DNA from: Gordius albopunctatus
Lineage: Eukaryota
Direction of reading: 5' to 3'
DNA length: 64,000 nt
NCBI GenBank assembly: GCA_964276515.1
Contig: OZ193909.1
Location: 4,898,001-4,962,000 of the forward strand
A program made the translations under genes and the position numbers. Positions 1 to 13,865 of the stretch are shown one piece after another. Positions within the stretch are counted from its first letter, which is position 1. Each line of letters begins with the position of its first letter. The notes under the pieces are model-generated. The model did no database searches, was not told where the DNA came from, and worked only from the letters and a program-made list of their open reading frames with translations.

Positions 1-136
1 ATAATTAGGTGCGTAAGTAATTTAAAATCAAAAGTTCAAAATCATATTAATTTCATTTAATATCCTAAATTTAAATTTCATGAAATAAGTTTTTTAAATA
101 GTTAAATTTAACTTAATAGTAAAAAATAAAAATTAA

Positions 137-293
137 AGTCGAGATCTCGCCGATAAAATCTCGTCTCGTCTCGTCTCGAGGTCAAAATTCTCGTCTCGAT
201 CTCGACTCAATTTTTCAAAATCTCGTCTCGTCTCGTCTCGGGTTTTCGAGACGAGACGAGACCGAGATTTGTCTCGGTTTTTCCGCATCACTA
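137..293. mobile_element. End of a non-autonomous DNA transposon with (TCTCG)n subterminal repeats
   Basis: Arrays of TCTCG/CGAGA ending in ...ttttccgcatcacta (hAT-like terminus). The same repeat type recurs at about 28125-28190 and 46425-46510. Confidence 0.55.
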
Positions 294-879
294 AGCTTAT
301 ATAATTTATTTATCACCTTCATCCTGATCTCTATGTTCCTCTTCTTCTCCTACTGAATTAGTACTAACATTTTCTAAATTAAATTCTAGAATCTAGAGTG
401 AATTATAATAATTTTACTTTTCTCCTTTGAAAATTTAATTTTTTGCAAGGATATTGTTGGCGTTTCTTCATATTAAAAGTTCGAAAAAAGGGTGTGAGGG
501 GAGATATTTATCTAAAATTTAAATTTCGAATAAAATGTATAAATTTTGAACATATAAAAATAGAAAAAGCAACAAAAAACTTAATAACACTTCCACAAAA
601 ATAATTTATAATTATCAGTATTCAGTAATATTTGTGTGAAAAAACAATATAAAAATTTTATTATTTGAAACTCATGGGTAGTGTTACAACCTTACAGCAT
701 ACCCTTGCGTACGCCAATGATTTTGTAAAAAAGAGTGAAGGAGTGGCTCATTGTTCTTGTAATGGAATTTTAAAATGCTGATACATCTATCTTTATCTGA
801 TTCTTTCTTCGATTTTGGCTTTATAATTTTCCCATGATTAATTCTATTTCTATCATCTATATTTACCTTTCATTTTAAT

Positions 880-1050
880 TTGAGGGAATACACACTTCAA
901 AATCTATCTGAGCATTTTGGGATTGAAACAAAATTCAATACATATCACAAATACAGACAAGCTTATTAAAAAACTTGGAATAAGTATCTTTCTTTTTATC
1001 TGGAAGTAAACAGTAAACACAAGACACCATATGGTTTTTATACCATTGAT
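880..1050 (-). pseudogene. MULE (Mutator) transposase fragment
   Basis: Minus-strand translation HQWYKNHMVSCVYCLLPDKKKDTYSKFFNKL...*...QIDFE resembles the MULE P.VY.LLP.K...TY and D-F-E motifs; contains an internal stop. Confidence 0.55.
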
Positions 1051-3109
1051 GTATAGCTAAAATAATTTATAAATATAAAATATATTACTTTTAACAAACT
1101 TGATAATATAAATCATTACCATAAATTTTATTTTTTTGTATTTAATGATTCGTTTCGTATTTTGAACCCTATTTGCTCACTATTTAATTAATTTGTTCAG
1201 TTTTTATATTAAGGTTGCTTAATAAATTTTGGCTTAGTAATTGAAATTTAATTAGAAAATGATAAGTATTGAATTGAACCAGAAATGTCAATAATAGAAG
1301 TGTTAGCTATGTAGTAAAAAATAGGGGGCTTCGCCCCCAGACCCCCGTTTAGCTTAAGACAGTCCCTGCTTCACGTATCTTTACTTCAAATCTTCATACA
1401 CATCGATTACTCTTGTATACTTCATACAAACAAGGCTTATTTGCTATGCAATTTATGTAGGAATCTTCATGATTGCATAACAAATAATATAACTGAAAAA
1501 AGCTAATATTCATGTCCGACTTAAATCAATTTTTTAGCTATAAAGTTTTACATATTGCCTAGTTTAACCCTGTACTAATTAAAAAAAATTGCATAGCAAT
1601 TAATAAAAATAGCAAATAAATTGAAAAGAAGGTATTATTTTTTTTTAATTTTTTAATAAACATATTAAGCAACAATTGGCAAATACATTCTAAATATTAT
1701 ACCCTTCTTTTTTAATACAACAATGGGGCAAAAGCTTATTATTTTTTATATCAAATGAATGCCAAGCGTATCTTTGCGTACGTAATTTGGTATCCACATG
1801 ATCATAGTTGCACATACAATGCTTTTTAAGGGTAAATTTAGATTTTGGAAATTGGCAAAAGATATGTTAAACCACAAAAATATATTAATGTATTCAGTTA
1901 GCATTTTATACATTACTTGAATTGCATAAATATTTAAATTGCTATTAATAAGTTTTAATAGAAAAGCTCCTTACAAAGTTATATATAAATGTGTTGTCAT
2001 ATAATGCAATTAAAATATGGATGTATGTATGTACGTATTGTGTCTAGTCACGTGCTTAGAAAGGCTTTATTGATTGGATAATCTTAGCGTTAAGGGAATT
2101 AGCATAAAACCCATTAATTACTAAGCGAAATGAATAGGCATATTATATAAATTGGGATAATTGCTAGGGTGCTTAAAATCAATTAAAATTTACATAGAAA
2201 TTAATAAAAAAAATACAGTAATAACACTAGTCAAAAAAAAAAAATAACCGGGAAACGGTCAACATATTCCGATAGAGTTTTTTGTGGTGAACATAAATAT
2301 GTTTTTCGTTTTTTCCTTATATTTCAGGTTTTTTTTATAGATATTTCGATTCAAAGTTGCCAAAATGACCGTTTTTGACCCTTTTCGATGCTCAATAGAG
2401 TGATATTGAATAGCTGAAAAAATTTTTTAAGCCTCTAAGTGGTAGAACCAACTTAAGGCAAAACATTGAAAAGTGATTTTTTTCCCTATTGTTTTTACTT
2501 TTTCCAATATAGCGAATTTCAATGAGTCCCTATATTCGGTGGGTGACAATACACGTTCGGCGTGACATAGGAAAATTGAAAGTGAGCCCATAAATTGCAT
2601 AGCAATTGAAATACAAGAATTTTGTTTAGACGACATTCATTCTTTGATCGCTTAAGAAAAAAGATCTAATTATTTTTGTCTTTTCTGGTGGCAATCATAA
2701 TTGTCGTTTATAGAGCTAAATAAATTCTTTAAACAAAATTTCCAAGCCAGAGTGTCACAAAGTTGTTACAAGTAGGTAATTTAAATTTGTCAACCTAACT
2801 TGGTGACAATTGTCATAATTTTTGCATGCTCTGCCCAAAACGAAGCAAAAAGGTTGATAAAATTATTCACCCAAAACGCTAAAGCCTACCAAAAAATTTA
2901 ACCCAAAACTGAACTTCATACTTTTGCAGAGAACGGCAGTGGAAGAGTCCAAATCTTCAATTATGTAAACGAAAAGATATAGCAAATAAATAGAATAAAA
3001 ATGATTTAGAGTAAGATTTAGCGCTTGAAAAAGGAATGAATGCTACTGGATATAGGAAAATAAGAGGCTTGGAAAATAGAGCAATTAATAATGAGAACAA
3101 ATTATGGTG

Positions 3110-4306
3110 GTAAGTACTTAATTCAATTTTTGCTCAGTAGAATAATTAAATGTTCAGTTTTTATTCAAATCTTGCTCAGTAACTTTTTATTTATGCTAAG
3201 TTACTAAAAACTAGTTTTAAAATAAAATTCTAGAGCGAGATTCGAACACGGACTATCTGACTAAGAGTCTCGCGTGTTACCCCTGGAGTCAAAGTGCTCG
3301 GTATAAAAATGGTTTATTTTTGTTTATATCTTAATTAAAATAAATTTAATTTCATAAACTACTTCCTATTTGGCGCTCATGTTAAGACGTGGTCTTCTGA
3401 ATATAAGTATTGAAAAAAATTTGTCACAACACCTACAATAAATTTAAAGCTATGGACAGAAGGCTATGAATTTGCATATAAATATTACCGAGTTTTTTAT
3501 ACCAGCAGAAAGTAGTATTAGTGAAAACGGCATTAGCAATGTCAAAGAACTAGGTTTTACAACCTTTGATAAGTTTAAATAAAAAAAATTTAAGCTTTGC
3601 CTAATGATTGCGAAAAATGTTTTCAAGGCAAGTGTCCATCGTTTTATAAAAAATTTAAATATTGCCAACCACCTAAAGAAGCCAAAAGTGTGCCTATAGG
3701 GCAAAAAAGAAAGCAAGGCAGACCCTTAAAGGCCACATCAGCCTTTATTGTTCAGTAATGGTAAGTTTAGATTATTTAACATTGATTATATAACAAATTT
3801 TAGGTTTTTGAAATGAAAGTTGTCTCCAGCAAAATTTGTCTATTATTCATTTTAAATTGTTAATTATTGTTAATCTGTACTGTATTTGTAAATATTTGTG
3901 ATGATATTCAAATAAAAATTTTATTTTGCAAAAAATACATTATAAACATGTAAAATTTAAGAGAAAGGCAGAAGAATAGGAATTATAGGTCATTACTTTT
4001 AATAGCTTTTTTAACTTGCCATTTATTTATTTGAAGGGAGGACTTAAAGGGAAAAAATTTGAGACATTAAGATACCTTATAACCTTTAAAAATCAGGTCT
4101 CCAATCTATTTAATTTAGCCAAAATAAACTATTTCAACTTCCACACACTCAATTTAACTTTATTTTTTACAAAATATTAGTGCTAAATAGATTAAGATTG
4201 AGTATTATTTATTAAAATTACTGAGCAATATTAAGATTATTAACTGAGCATTTTTGAATTTGTTACTGAGCACATTAATAAAATACTGAGCATTTAAATA
4301 ACATCC
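3110..4306 (+). mobile_element. Internally deleted MULE-like element with ACTGAGCA subterminal repeats
   Basis: C-terminal remnant PKEAKSVPIGQKRKQGRPLKATSAFIVQ* (about 3673-3758). Right end ...actgagcatttaaataacatcc closely matches the reverse complement of the 13866 end of the related element. Confidence 0.55.
3230..3300 (-). pseudogene. Degenerate tRNA(Lys-CTT)-like sequence
   Basis: Minus strand has gagactcttagtc (similar to the tRNA-Lys CTT anticodon arm) and gttcgaatc (B box), followed by a T-run; the cloverleaf is incomplete. Confidence 0.35.
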
Positions 4307-6412
4307 ATTAATACTCTATATATACTTAATAAAAATCATACATTTATATAAATGTCTGAATTTTAGGAGCCTTTGTAATCCATGACCATCTATATAATCC
4401 CTGACCCTTTCAAGCCCGCTAAAAAAATTTCAGGCCCATCCGAGCTCGTTTCATTAATGGTCAAGACCGTTGAAAAGGTTTATGATACAAAGCCTGTCCC
4501 TGTCTGTGCAGATCTCTAATAGACATAACCATATAAACTTTGAAATCCCTTAAAGGTTATAATGTTTTTAATAAAGTTACTTGGCTTCTTTGCTTTTCCA
4601 CCATTTTAAATAATTAGGTCATTGATATAAAATGAAAAACCAGTGATATTTTACAAAAAGTGTGTATAAATTACCCTTAGCATTTATAATGCAGGTTGAT
4701 ATATTGTTGAACTAGGATGGAAATAATATTTAACTTTCTTCCTTAACTATAACTAGGCCCAGACCATTAAGTTATATAACGGCACATCCAGGCCCGGCAT
4801 GCAGGTCTCCAGTTTCGATAAGTATAAAATGAGGCCAAGGTAGGTTTAATAGCTATTCCCTTTTAGGATAGGTAAGGATAATAGAAATTAAGGAATCCTG
4901 GGGTTATATAAAGAAATAAATCCCTTTAAAATTCATTATTTTTCCCAATGCCATTTAATAATCTGATAACTCCAAAAACCCGTTCCCACTGCAATGTACC
5001 ACCATATCCCTTATAGCCGTACAAACCACCACTCCAAAACCCTGATTATACCCCTTGAACCCTATGTGCCAACAAGAAAACCCCAGAAACATTGTCCATC
5101 GCAGAGATATTTCGCGACATATATTCATATCCTTATACGTCAATAAAGCTAATAAAATTCTTGAGTGTGCCTATTTTCAAGCCGGATATAACAGCTAAAT
5201 CCCCCAAACATAACGGTGGTTGCAAAATATAACAGTAACCACCCATCCCTGAAAAACCCCGATTATAACAATCCAAATCAAACCGCAAACACATTTGTTG
5301 ACAACCTTCTCAAAATATCCTAATTTAAAAAAATTTCAATACAAAAACCCTTAAAAATTATGTTTTGCTCCAACCCCCCCCCCATTTGAACTTAACTCAA
5401 ATTAATACATAAATTTATATTATTTTGGTAAAATTAAATTTGAGATTAGATCACTAGTTGCAATTGTGCTTGGTCACAGGAAAATGTTTGAATAGTAAAG
5501 CAAATTTTTTTTGATGATCTGGCCCCCCCCCACCTGGGTACATCCACAGTACATGGTAGCTTCCCATACCCTAGGTCAATAAAACCCCTTGGAATGTAAG
5601 AATAAAGGCATAAAATTGTCACAACTGTTAGCTTTACAAATATATATGGAGTTAAATGCTACACCTAATGGCTGAATAACAGATCAAGTACCAAAAAGTA
5701 GAAAGATAATAACACTCAGTTGGTGTTAGTTTATTTAAGTGTTAAATACTAAGGGTGAAAAGTCAAACAAGTTTAATACTAGTCTGTGCAAACATTTCCT
5801 TTTATATCCACTCACATTATTTTAAACATCATTATAAAGATTCTCAATATAAAATTTGATAAATGCTACAAAAAATTAATTGAATTTTAATAAATATTAG
5901 GAAAAGGAAAGACATGGCTAAAAATTACAAGCATAACTTAAGAAAATATACAGAGGTTTTCTGTGGTAGTTTTTAACCTTAAATTCTGCAACTTAAGCAT
6001 TAGGATAAATAAAAAATATTATCAAAATAATTTTTGTTTTGCCAAATTAAAAGCTTTCCAACAAATATACAAATTAAAATGGGAGAGAATGCTTAAAAAT
6101 TATTTCTCAGAAGCTTTAACTTAAAAAATACGAAACTAAAATTTTCTTTGTTTAAATGTGAAATTAAATATCTAAAATAGTTGGTTCTCATGCAAAATTA
6201 TAAAAATAAGAGCAAATAATTAATAATCAAAATGAATTAAGATGAAGAATATCAAAAATCATTATTGCTTTAAATACATATATAACTAAAAATTTCACAT
6301 TATTTTATAACCCTTTTTAGTTTGCCTTTAAGATATACTAATACACATGGTAACTTTCTATATTTTACAAATTCCTCTTCATTTTCAATAAAGATAATAA
6401 GTTATTGTAAAA

Positions 6413-6826
6413 CTAATCAAACAATCCAAAGCCCATATCATCATCTGATTCAGCTTTTTCTTCCTCTTCTTTGGCTAAAAAAATTAACATAAGATAAACA
6501 TTATATTACGTTTAGCTGCTTCCTTAACAGGAGCAGCTTGAGAAGTTTCTTTAGATTCAGCAACAGGAGCTGCACCACCACCTCCACCCATTGAAAATGA
6601 AGCTAATTTTTTACCACCTTAAAGATGATTATAAATATAGGTGTATCTATCTACCTTCTGCCAGAAGATCATCAAGACTTTTTCCTTGTAATTGATTAAC
6701 AACAAAGTTTAAAGGCTCATCTTCCACACTAACTCCAACGGATTCTAATATTCCCTTAATGTCTTTAACTGTTGGTTTCTCATTGCCTCCTAAAGCTGCT
6801 AACATATAAGCTGCGACGTACCGCAT
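6413..6826 (-). CDS. RPLP2: 60S acidic ribosomal protein P2
   Basis: Exons 6826-6655, 6617-6510, 6474-6413, with GT-AG introns of 37 and 35 nt. Protein MRYVAAYMLAALGGNEKP...GKSLDDLLAEGGKKLAS...EEEEKAESDDDMGFGLFD* carries the diagnostic P-protein C-terminus. Confidence 0.97.
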
Positions 6827-7339
6827 GATCGTAATATAAAAAGGTTTAGAGGGTGAATTGACACTAACTCGGTTATATTTTTAAATTTAAATTTGTTAAT
6901 GATAATATTTAACAATTTATGAAAACAATGTAGCGAATAAGACTCTTTTTGACTAAAAAATAAGAGAAAGAAAAATAGGATATAAAAATATATAAAATAA
7001 TCTTATTAACAAGTGGTACAATATGCACTAAAAAATTGCAATTTTTTATTTTATTGTTTTCAATTAATCTATATGGGCCGAAACTTTAAATTATATCAAA
7101 ATAATAATATTTCGACATCAAGAAGTGGTAAATGTCATTCGGTATTAATGTATATCTAATAAGTATAAATTATTTTGTTTAATTGACCATTTATTTTGCA
7201 CTAAAATATTTTTTAGTAAGTTTAAAATTTTACTATAAATATAGGTCAAACCTTATTCAAGTGGTAAAAGTGATCAAAAGGTGGAAAAGATATTTTTAAA
7301 AACTTCAGAATATTGCAAATGCAAAGATTTCCTTCCCGA

Positions 7340-8275
7340 TACTGTGCCAAAAACAAGTAGCTCATATTATTTGAGGAAGAAAAAGTTAGGACAAAAATGA
7401 GCAAGATGCAAAAAGTAAAAGCTAATTATACAGATGGAATTTCTATGGAAGCATGGGTCGGATACCGAGAAGAAGGAGTCACGACCATCACGAATTCCTT
7501 TAGCAAGTTATTGTTTGAAGCGCGCGTCATAATTAATGGAGAGCAAGCACGATTACAAAGCAGATCCGCAGGAGTGTGGCAATTATAGAGATATCAAGGT
7601 TGGATCTTAGTAACAAAGGCTGAAAATTCAGATTTGTGGCCGGCAAATCCACATCGTCCTAATCTTCGCACTAAGATAAATGGTGGATAAATATGAGAAA
7701 AAGAGAAGAGACCTACATGTGCTCTTTATTGACTTGGAGAAAGCTTATGACACGGTCTCTGGCGATGTGGTGCTTGAGGAAACAAAATATTCCCGAAGCA
7801 TATACACGGCTAATAAAAAATATTTACAAAGCCACATTCGTCCTCGGGTTGATATTGGATTACATCAAGGAACTGCAAGTCCCTTTTTATTCAACATAAT
7901 AAACACGACAACGAGCGTCATTCAAAAGCCATCTCCTTGGTGTATGCTATATGCCGATAATATAGAACTATGTGAGGAGAAAAAAGAGAAAGTAATCGAA
8001 GAAGCCAAAAAGTGGTCAGAATGCTTCGTTGGATATTGTTTAAAGGTCAAAAGTCGAAAAACGGTATACATGGAGAGATGAACGTTACAGGCGCCTCATT
8101 ACAAATATAGACAAGTTTACATACATCGGTTCAATGTTACATGAACAGGGAGATTGCGCAATAGCAAATGCCTGGTTCAAAAGGGATGACATAAGTGGCC
8201 AAGTATATCCGGTTTAATGTGCGACAAGAAATTGCCAATATGGTTGATGAGCAAAGCTTTCATCTCCATTGTAGG
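7340..8275 (+). mobile_element. Degenerate RTE-clade LINE reverse transcriptase fragment
   Basis: LHVLFIDLEKAYD, GLHQGTASPFLFN, PWCMLYAD and MCDKKLPIWL parallel the RTE at 48119-49285; frameshifted. Confidence 0.85.
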
Positions 8276-9842
8276 ACTAAGGCTTCATCTTAATACGCGA
8301 TTCAACTTGAACCCCTCCATTTTTTTTATGGATACAATTTCTTTATTAATCATTTTACTCTCTGATTATGCTTTAAAAAAAGAGGCGAAGAAAGAAAATG
8401 TACTATATAAACAACATGATTTTGGGGAGTTTAATAATAGAATGAAAAAATTTTAAAGAATGATAGGCTGTTTTTTGATTATACTAGGATGCAACAAAGC
8501 ACCTTTTATTATATCTTAAGTTATATTGAAAAGGATAATAATTCAAATGATAAAGTTTTATGGATCTGTCCAGCTGATAGGTTAATGCTGACATAAAATT
8601 TATTAGCCTCACTCGCAAACTTAAAGTCTGGAATTTTTAGCATTTTATCCAAAAGATTTAGTATACTTAAAACTCCTATAAAAACAAAGCTTAAAAAGGC
8701 TGAAAAGAGAGTTCAGGGTATTTGTACACTTTTATATCCGCACTTTCTATCCTTTATTTCCAACTAATCAAAATTTACAAAATGTGTAATAACAACAAAT
8801 AACGATCAATCAATTGGATAATGATTTCTCCAAAATAAATGTAAGTGTTAATGTAAGTGTTGGACGATGGCCGTGATCAATTGCCGTGAAATCAATCTGC
8901 TAGAATGAACGACGTCTACGAGTAAATGTAAGGTATTGAGTAAGGAGGACTATTTGGTTGTTCGTTCATGCTACCGCTGGACCAACGTAATCTAAAGATG
9001 AAAAATAAAATATCCCCCCCCCCGTCCCCACAGGACTAACGAGTATAAAAATAAATATATCGTTCTATCATGGTCAAATGCCCGCTATTTAAACCTTGTC
9101 GATGCACTTCTCAATTTGCATGAGGATGCCGACTGGTCGATGTACTGCACTACTGCACATCTTCACTAATATGAGGAATGCTTTTTAGTGCCCATTATTC
9201 ACATAACTAATTTTAGTTGGCAAGATACAACACGCTATCTCATTTGCGTAGGCGTCTTCATAGGTTTGTAAACGTTAACCAAATTAAATTAAATCACACC
9301 TACAACATACACTACAAAATGTACTGATAATAAAGATTTGCCTAGAAATATGATTATGAGATTAACAATAACAATACTCAGAAAATAACACTTGATAATA
9401 TCTTTCAACCCAACAAGCTAGAGAGATTTGAGATATTTGTTTTTATTCTAATAATTTTCTATTACCATGGGTGTAATTTTATATTATATTTTAAGTGTAT
9501 GTAATTTTTTGTATACCATTTAATAAAGAAAAGTTCATATTTAAGATATTTCTATTACCATGGTTGTAATTTTATATTACAGCGTTTACCTCAACTTTTG
9601 CACTTCGTATGGATCTCCTGCACACTAGTAGAAGAGAAAAGGGGTAATCAATCATAGCGTCTAACATGTAACGCTCATTCCTTCTCTCAATTTATTTACT
9701 AATTTCTAATATAATAAAAGAAAATAATTATTACTACCATAATTATGGGGGTTATTTCATAGCCACCATAAGAATGGATTAAATCTAATTTGTGCATTAT
9801 ATATACCTATCTCGCTTAGTGTGTGACTAGAAAATTAACTAT

Positions 9843-9888
9843 GGCATACTGATGAGCTCTAATAAGAGCGAAGAAAACGTTATATGTC
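9843..9888 (+). ncRNA. Minimal type I hammerhead ribozyme, mutated copy (extra GAA in core)
   Basis: ggcata CTGATGA gctct-aata-agagc GAA-GAAA acgt TA tatgtc. Confidence 0.7.
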
Positions 9889-9936
9889 TGTTATCATTTT
9901 TGAGTCACATACTAAAAAAGATAGGGATATACATAG

Positions 9937-11380
9937 CATAGACCAGAAATGCCCGGCCCGTCTGCTTTAAATTTTATTTTTCGGGCGGGCATGCTGATAA
10001 GATTTGGGCAATTCGGGCATGCCCAAAATTTTATCAAATTAATTTTCCTTGAAAAAAGAAAAATTCGCTTATAAACAATTTTGGGCCATAATAAATTTGA
10101 CTAGATTTTTTTCCATCGCTTCAATCTTCATTGTACATTTATATAATGTCCTAATTTCAATTTCTTCAAAATTAAATTTTATTTCGAATAAATGAGTTTA
10201 ACTGGTTTGTCTCAAGATTAAAAATTTTTAATTTTCAGATTATATTATAAAAGAATAAAATCCCAACGATTTAAACTACCATGGGCGTAGACAAGGGGGG
10301 GGGGGAGGAAGGGGCAGCTGCCCCCCTCTAAACTAAAAAATTTGTTAAAATTCATTAAAATTATGGCTAAATTATCAAAAAATGATCATTTTGCCCCTCC
10401 CTAAATCATTATTGCCCCCCTCTAATTTTAATGCTGGCTACGCCCATGTAAACTGCTACTCTAATCTAATACTATGGAAGAAACCATTTTACTCTCTGGT
10501 AGTAAATTATTTTATTACATTTTTATCGCGTTCAGTTAAATCTTTGCCCTACTCCTTTATGGAAAGGATTGGATTATTTATATTTATGTAGTAGCCAAAG
10601 CCATTTCATTGTTCGCAATAAATTACACATGTGTGCCGTCTAGACTTAAAACAAAGGCTCATGCTATTTTCTAACAATGCGCATAATTGGAATTTATTTA
10701 ATTTCTGAACAACTAAAAAACATGGTGGAAAAATAAAGCAAACAAGTCACATTAAATTTTTTAAAAATTATAACTATTTTATGTATCCTAAATTAGCAAG
10801 GTTTACAAAAATACTCTTTGCCATCCCGGCGACGAGTGCTGCTAGTGAAAGAAGTTTTTCTATCGCAGGAAGATTAATAGAGGAAAGACACACAAGATTA
10901 TCCCCGGAAATTGTCGACGATTTGTTATTATTACATAATAATTATGAATAATAATATATTGTCATCTTCGTTTGGATCAATATGCCATTAATTTAATGCT
11001 TATTTTGTAATAGTGGTTGAAAGATTTTGGTATTGGATAATTTCGGTTCTACCGGGAAGATTTTATTAATCAGGCCGGGCAGCTCTAATGGTTTCGGCAT
11101 GGCTGAGCCGACACTTATAAGGGTTCAGACGGGCAATTTAGTTAAAAATTTGGACCGGGCCGGGTTCGGGCAGAAATATTTAAACTACTCCGACCTCTTT
11201 TTGGGACCTCATAAATTCGGGACTAACGGACAAATTTAATATTTCGGGCCGGGCAATTCGGGCAGCTTTAACAATTCGGGCGGGCCCCAGTGGACACTTT
11301 GATGGGTTCGGGCGGGCAATGAAGGTAAAAAATTTAGTCGGGCCGGGTTCGGGCAGAAAATTCCCAACAAATCTGACCTC
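9937..11380 (+). mobile_element. Non-autonomous hAT element with GCCCG/CGGGC subterminal repeats and a dimerization-domain remnant
   Basis: 10781-10951 translates MYPKLARFTKILFAIPATSAASERSFSIAGRLIEERHTRLSPEIVDDLLLLHNN*. Ends catagaccaga...aaatctgacctc resemble the shorter copies at about 25004-25366 (-) and 42668-42894 (+). Confidence 0.8.
10280..10448. mobile_element. hAT-type MITE (CATGGGCGTAG TIR)
   Basis: TIR catgggcgtag...ctacgcccatg; 8-bp TSD taaactac/taaactgc. Confidence 0.85.
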
Positions 11381-12104
11381 ATTAGTCTCTAATTAAAATT
11401 GGCTATAGATGGCGCTAATTAGAGTATTCTTTTAATTTAATTGCGGGCACTCCTGGAAGGGGTTGTTATTATCTTCTAAATTATATCATTAACCGGCAAT
11501 TTATTTACTAATTTCTAATATTATTGGGATCAGATAAGCCTTTAAAATCTTGAAGAGAATAATGGAATGTCTTTTCCGTATCCTGAGAAGCTCTTTACTT
11601 CTCTGCCTCTATATCTATTAGCCTGTTTATTTGGTCACACAAAATAGGGCTTTTTCTTTTATTACAATTTTCCTTATCAGGCTCACTTTCACTATATGAT
11701 AAGCACAATTTTTCTTTCTTAAAACTATCACAGAGTGTTTTCCATTTATTTTTGCAATAATCCACTTTTAATTTTAATTGCTACTAATTCCCAGCCAAGT
11801 TGCATTATGGACCACCAAACCCCAGGCTTTTTTCATTCAATTATTCATGTGGAGCTCTTCATGTGCCTTTCCACACTTCTTATTAATGTTTTTACTTTTT
11901 CTTGTCTAATTATGTAAACATATTAGGTCACCGTAATAGCTTACTCAATAGCTTGCATCTTGTTGATCGCGGTTGAGTTGATACAGCAAAACTTCAAAAA
12001 TGGCGTGACGCTCGTATTAAGACGCGTCTATGTTTTAACATGCATTCGCTTTTTCAATCTAGATTCAAAATCGCGTATTAAGACGCAGTTACTTTATGGA
12101 AGCT

Positions 12105-12465
12105 AGACATGGGCATTAAACAAAATAGCTATTAACCGCGGAGATGAGATTGATTCTGTGGTGCTGGGGGTATACTAACTCGACCATATGACGAACGACT
12201 TTTTCATGATAAAAACCAACGTATGGCGGACATGATAAACGAAAATCGGTTAAGGTGGTATGGTCATATACTAAGAAGGGAGACGAATGATGTAAATTGA
12301 AAAGTATACTGGACATGAAGGCAGCGGAGAAGAGAGGAATAAATAAGACGACTTTGTATCAAGGGGAAAGGGTAAGTCGACAAAGTTATTAAATCTAAAA
12401 AGATAAATTAAGAGATTGCACTTACCCGATCAAGATGAAAGAAACTCATAAAAATATACCTCACT
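12105..12465 (+). mobile_element. RTE LINE 3' remnant
   Basis: Contains cgaaaatcggttaaggtggtatggtcatatactaaga (ENRLRWYGHIL), as in the C-terminus of the 48119 RTE ORF. Confidence 0.7.
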
Positions 12466-12519
12466 ACTGTGGAACCACTTGATAAAGAAAAAGATTTTGA
12501 TTATTATTTAATTATACAA

Positions 12520-12848
12520 TTGTCAAAAAGTGCCCCTGTGGAAAGATTATTTAGCTTGGGCAAATGTTTATTTGGAGACAAGCGAACATGTCTTTTAGAT
12601 GACAACTTTGAAAATAATATTTTGTTAAAATCAAATAAGCATTTATTACCTTATGATTTTTATAAATTGCAATATATAATATATTGGTTTTATGAATTAA
12701 TAAAAGATGTTTGTACATTTAAAAAAAAATTTAAAAAAAGAACTTCAAAAGGAACTGGAGCTGGAACTAGTTCCTTTTTAAAATGATGAACCAAAGGAAC
12801 TGGAACTTGACAAGTTCCTGTTTAAAAGAAACTTTTAACAGCTCTACC
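12520..12848 (+). mobile_element. hAT transposon 3' remnant
   Basis: SAPVERLFSLGKCLFGDKRTCLLDDNFENNILLK (hAT dimerization motif), then GGAACT subterminal repeats and a ...cagctcta end. Confidence 0.7.
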
Positions 12849-13570
12849 TCTACTGATGTGGGTTCGAATACCGTGGGGGCTAAATTTTTTATTTATTTTT
12901 TTTTTAAAATAATATATCGTTCTTGTTAATACCATTGATAATATGGCTTTTTGGCCGTCCGCTGGCTGCTGACCAATGAAAAAATGACCATTGGCCAATG
13001 TGTGAATCGAAATTTTTTTCCGTTTTTTTTGGTTAACATTGATAATTACCCTGTGCCCCCCCCCCTACAAGGGCCTATGCCTCTACTGATATGGGTCCCT
13101 GTGCCCCCCCCCACCCTACAAAGGCCTATGTCTCTACTAATATTGGTTCGAATCCCGGGGAGGGCAATTTTTTTTTAATTTTAATTAAAATTAATATATT
13201 GTTTTTGTTAATACCATTTAAAATATGGCCTTTTGGCCGTCCGCTGGCTGCTGACCAATGAAAAAAATAACCATTGAACAAAGTGTGAATCAAAATTTGG
13301 TTTTTGTTTTTTTTACTCTTATGTATTTATATCTACTTTTACTGTGTCTTGGCTGCTGACCAATTAAAAAAATGACCACTGGCCAAAGTATGAATCGAAA
13401 TTTAGTTTTAGTTTTTTTTGACTCTTATGTATTTATAGACCGTCTGTTGGTACTGAACAATGAAAAAATGACCATTGGCCAAAGTGTAAATCGAAATTTT
13501 TTTTCTTCTCGTTTTTTTGATTATTTTGTATTAATAGACCGTTTCTTGGTACTGACCAATGGAACAATTT
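12849..13570 (+). repeat. Dispersed repeat family with internal tandem units (CCAAT/ATTGG boxes and tRNA-3'-half-like motifs)
   Basis: Repeated gctgaccaatgaaaaaatgaccattggccaaagtgtgaatcgaaattt and ggttcgaatcccggg. Other copies at about 18200-18380, 20200-20330, 32390-33200, 51680-52280 and 52955-53845. Confidence 0.8.
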
Positions 13571-13865
13571 TGCACCTGTAAATTTTTTGAGATATACTCT
13601 ACTCACGATACCTGTGACATTTTTAGATTCGCGGTAATAACAGGCAATAGCTCTGCTAGTCGCTGCTCGTTTCATCGCATGTTTATTAATTGTTTTAATT
13701 CATACCGTCACATGTAGTTTTTTTTATTATATTTTGCTCCAATAAACGTGCATATCTTTTGATTAAACATAAGCAGTACAATGGCGCTTTTCCTTTAATT
13801 ATTGTAATTGTAAATCTAGAAGCTAAAAGCATAGGAAACAATTAAAAATTAATTAAAACAAATAT

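Larger units (their letters stand above)
9688..11521 (+). mobile_element. Hammerhead-containing repeat unit (retrozyme/Penelope pLTR-like), interrupted by a hAT element
   Basis: 9688-9936 plus 11381-11521 match the element at 43441-43978. A 25-nt terminal direct repeat caatttatttactaatttctaatat occurs at 9688-9712 and 11497-11521. Confidence 0.75.

Noticed and set aside
4947..5320. Strand-skewed C/A-rich segment and ORF 4955-5143, considered as a gene exon or NUMT
   Set aside because: Stops occur in every frame I read, and reading TGA as Trp did not rescue the frame I tested; at best a faint zinc-knuckle LINE 3' remnant.
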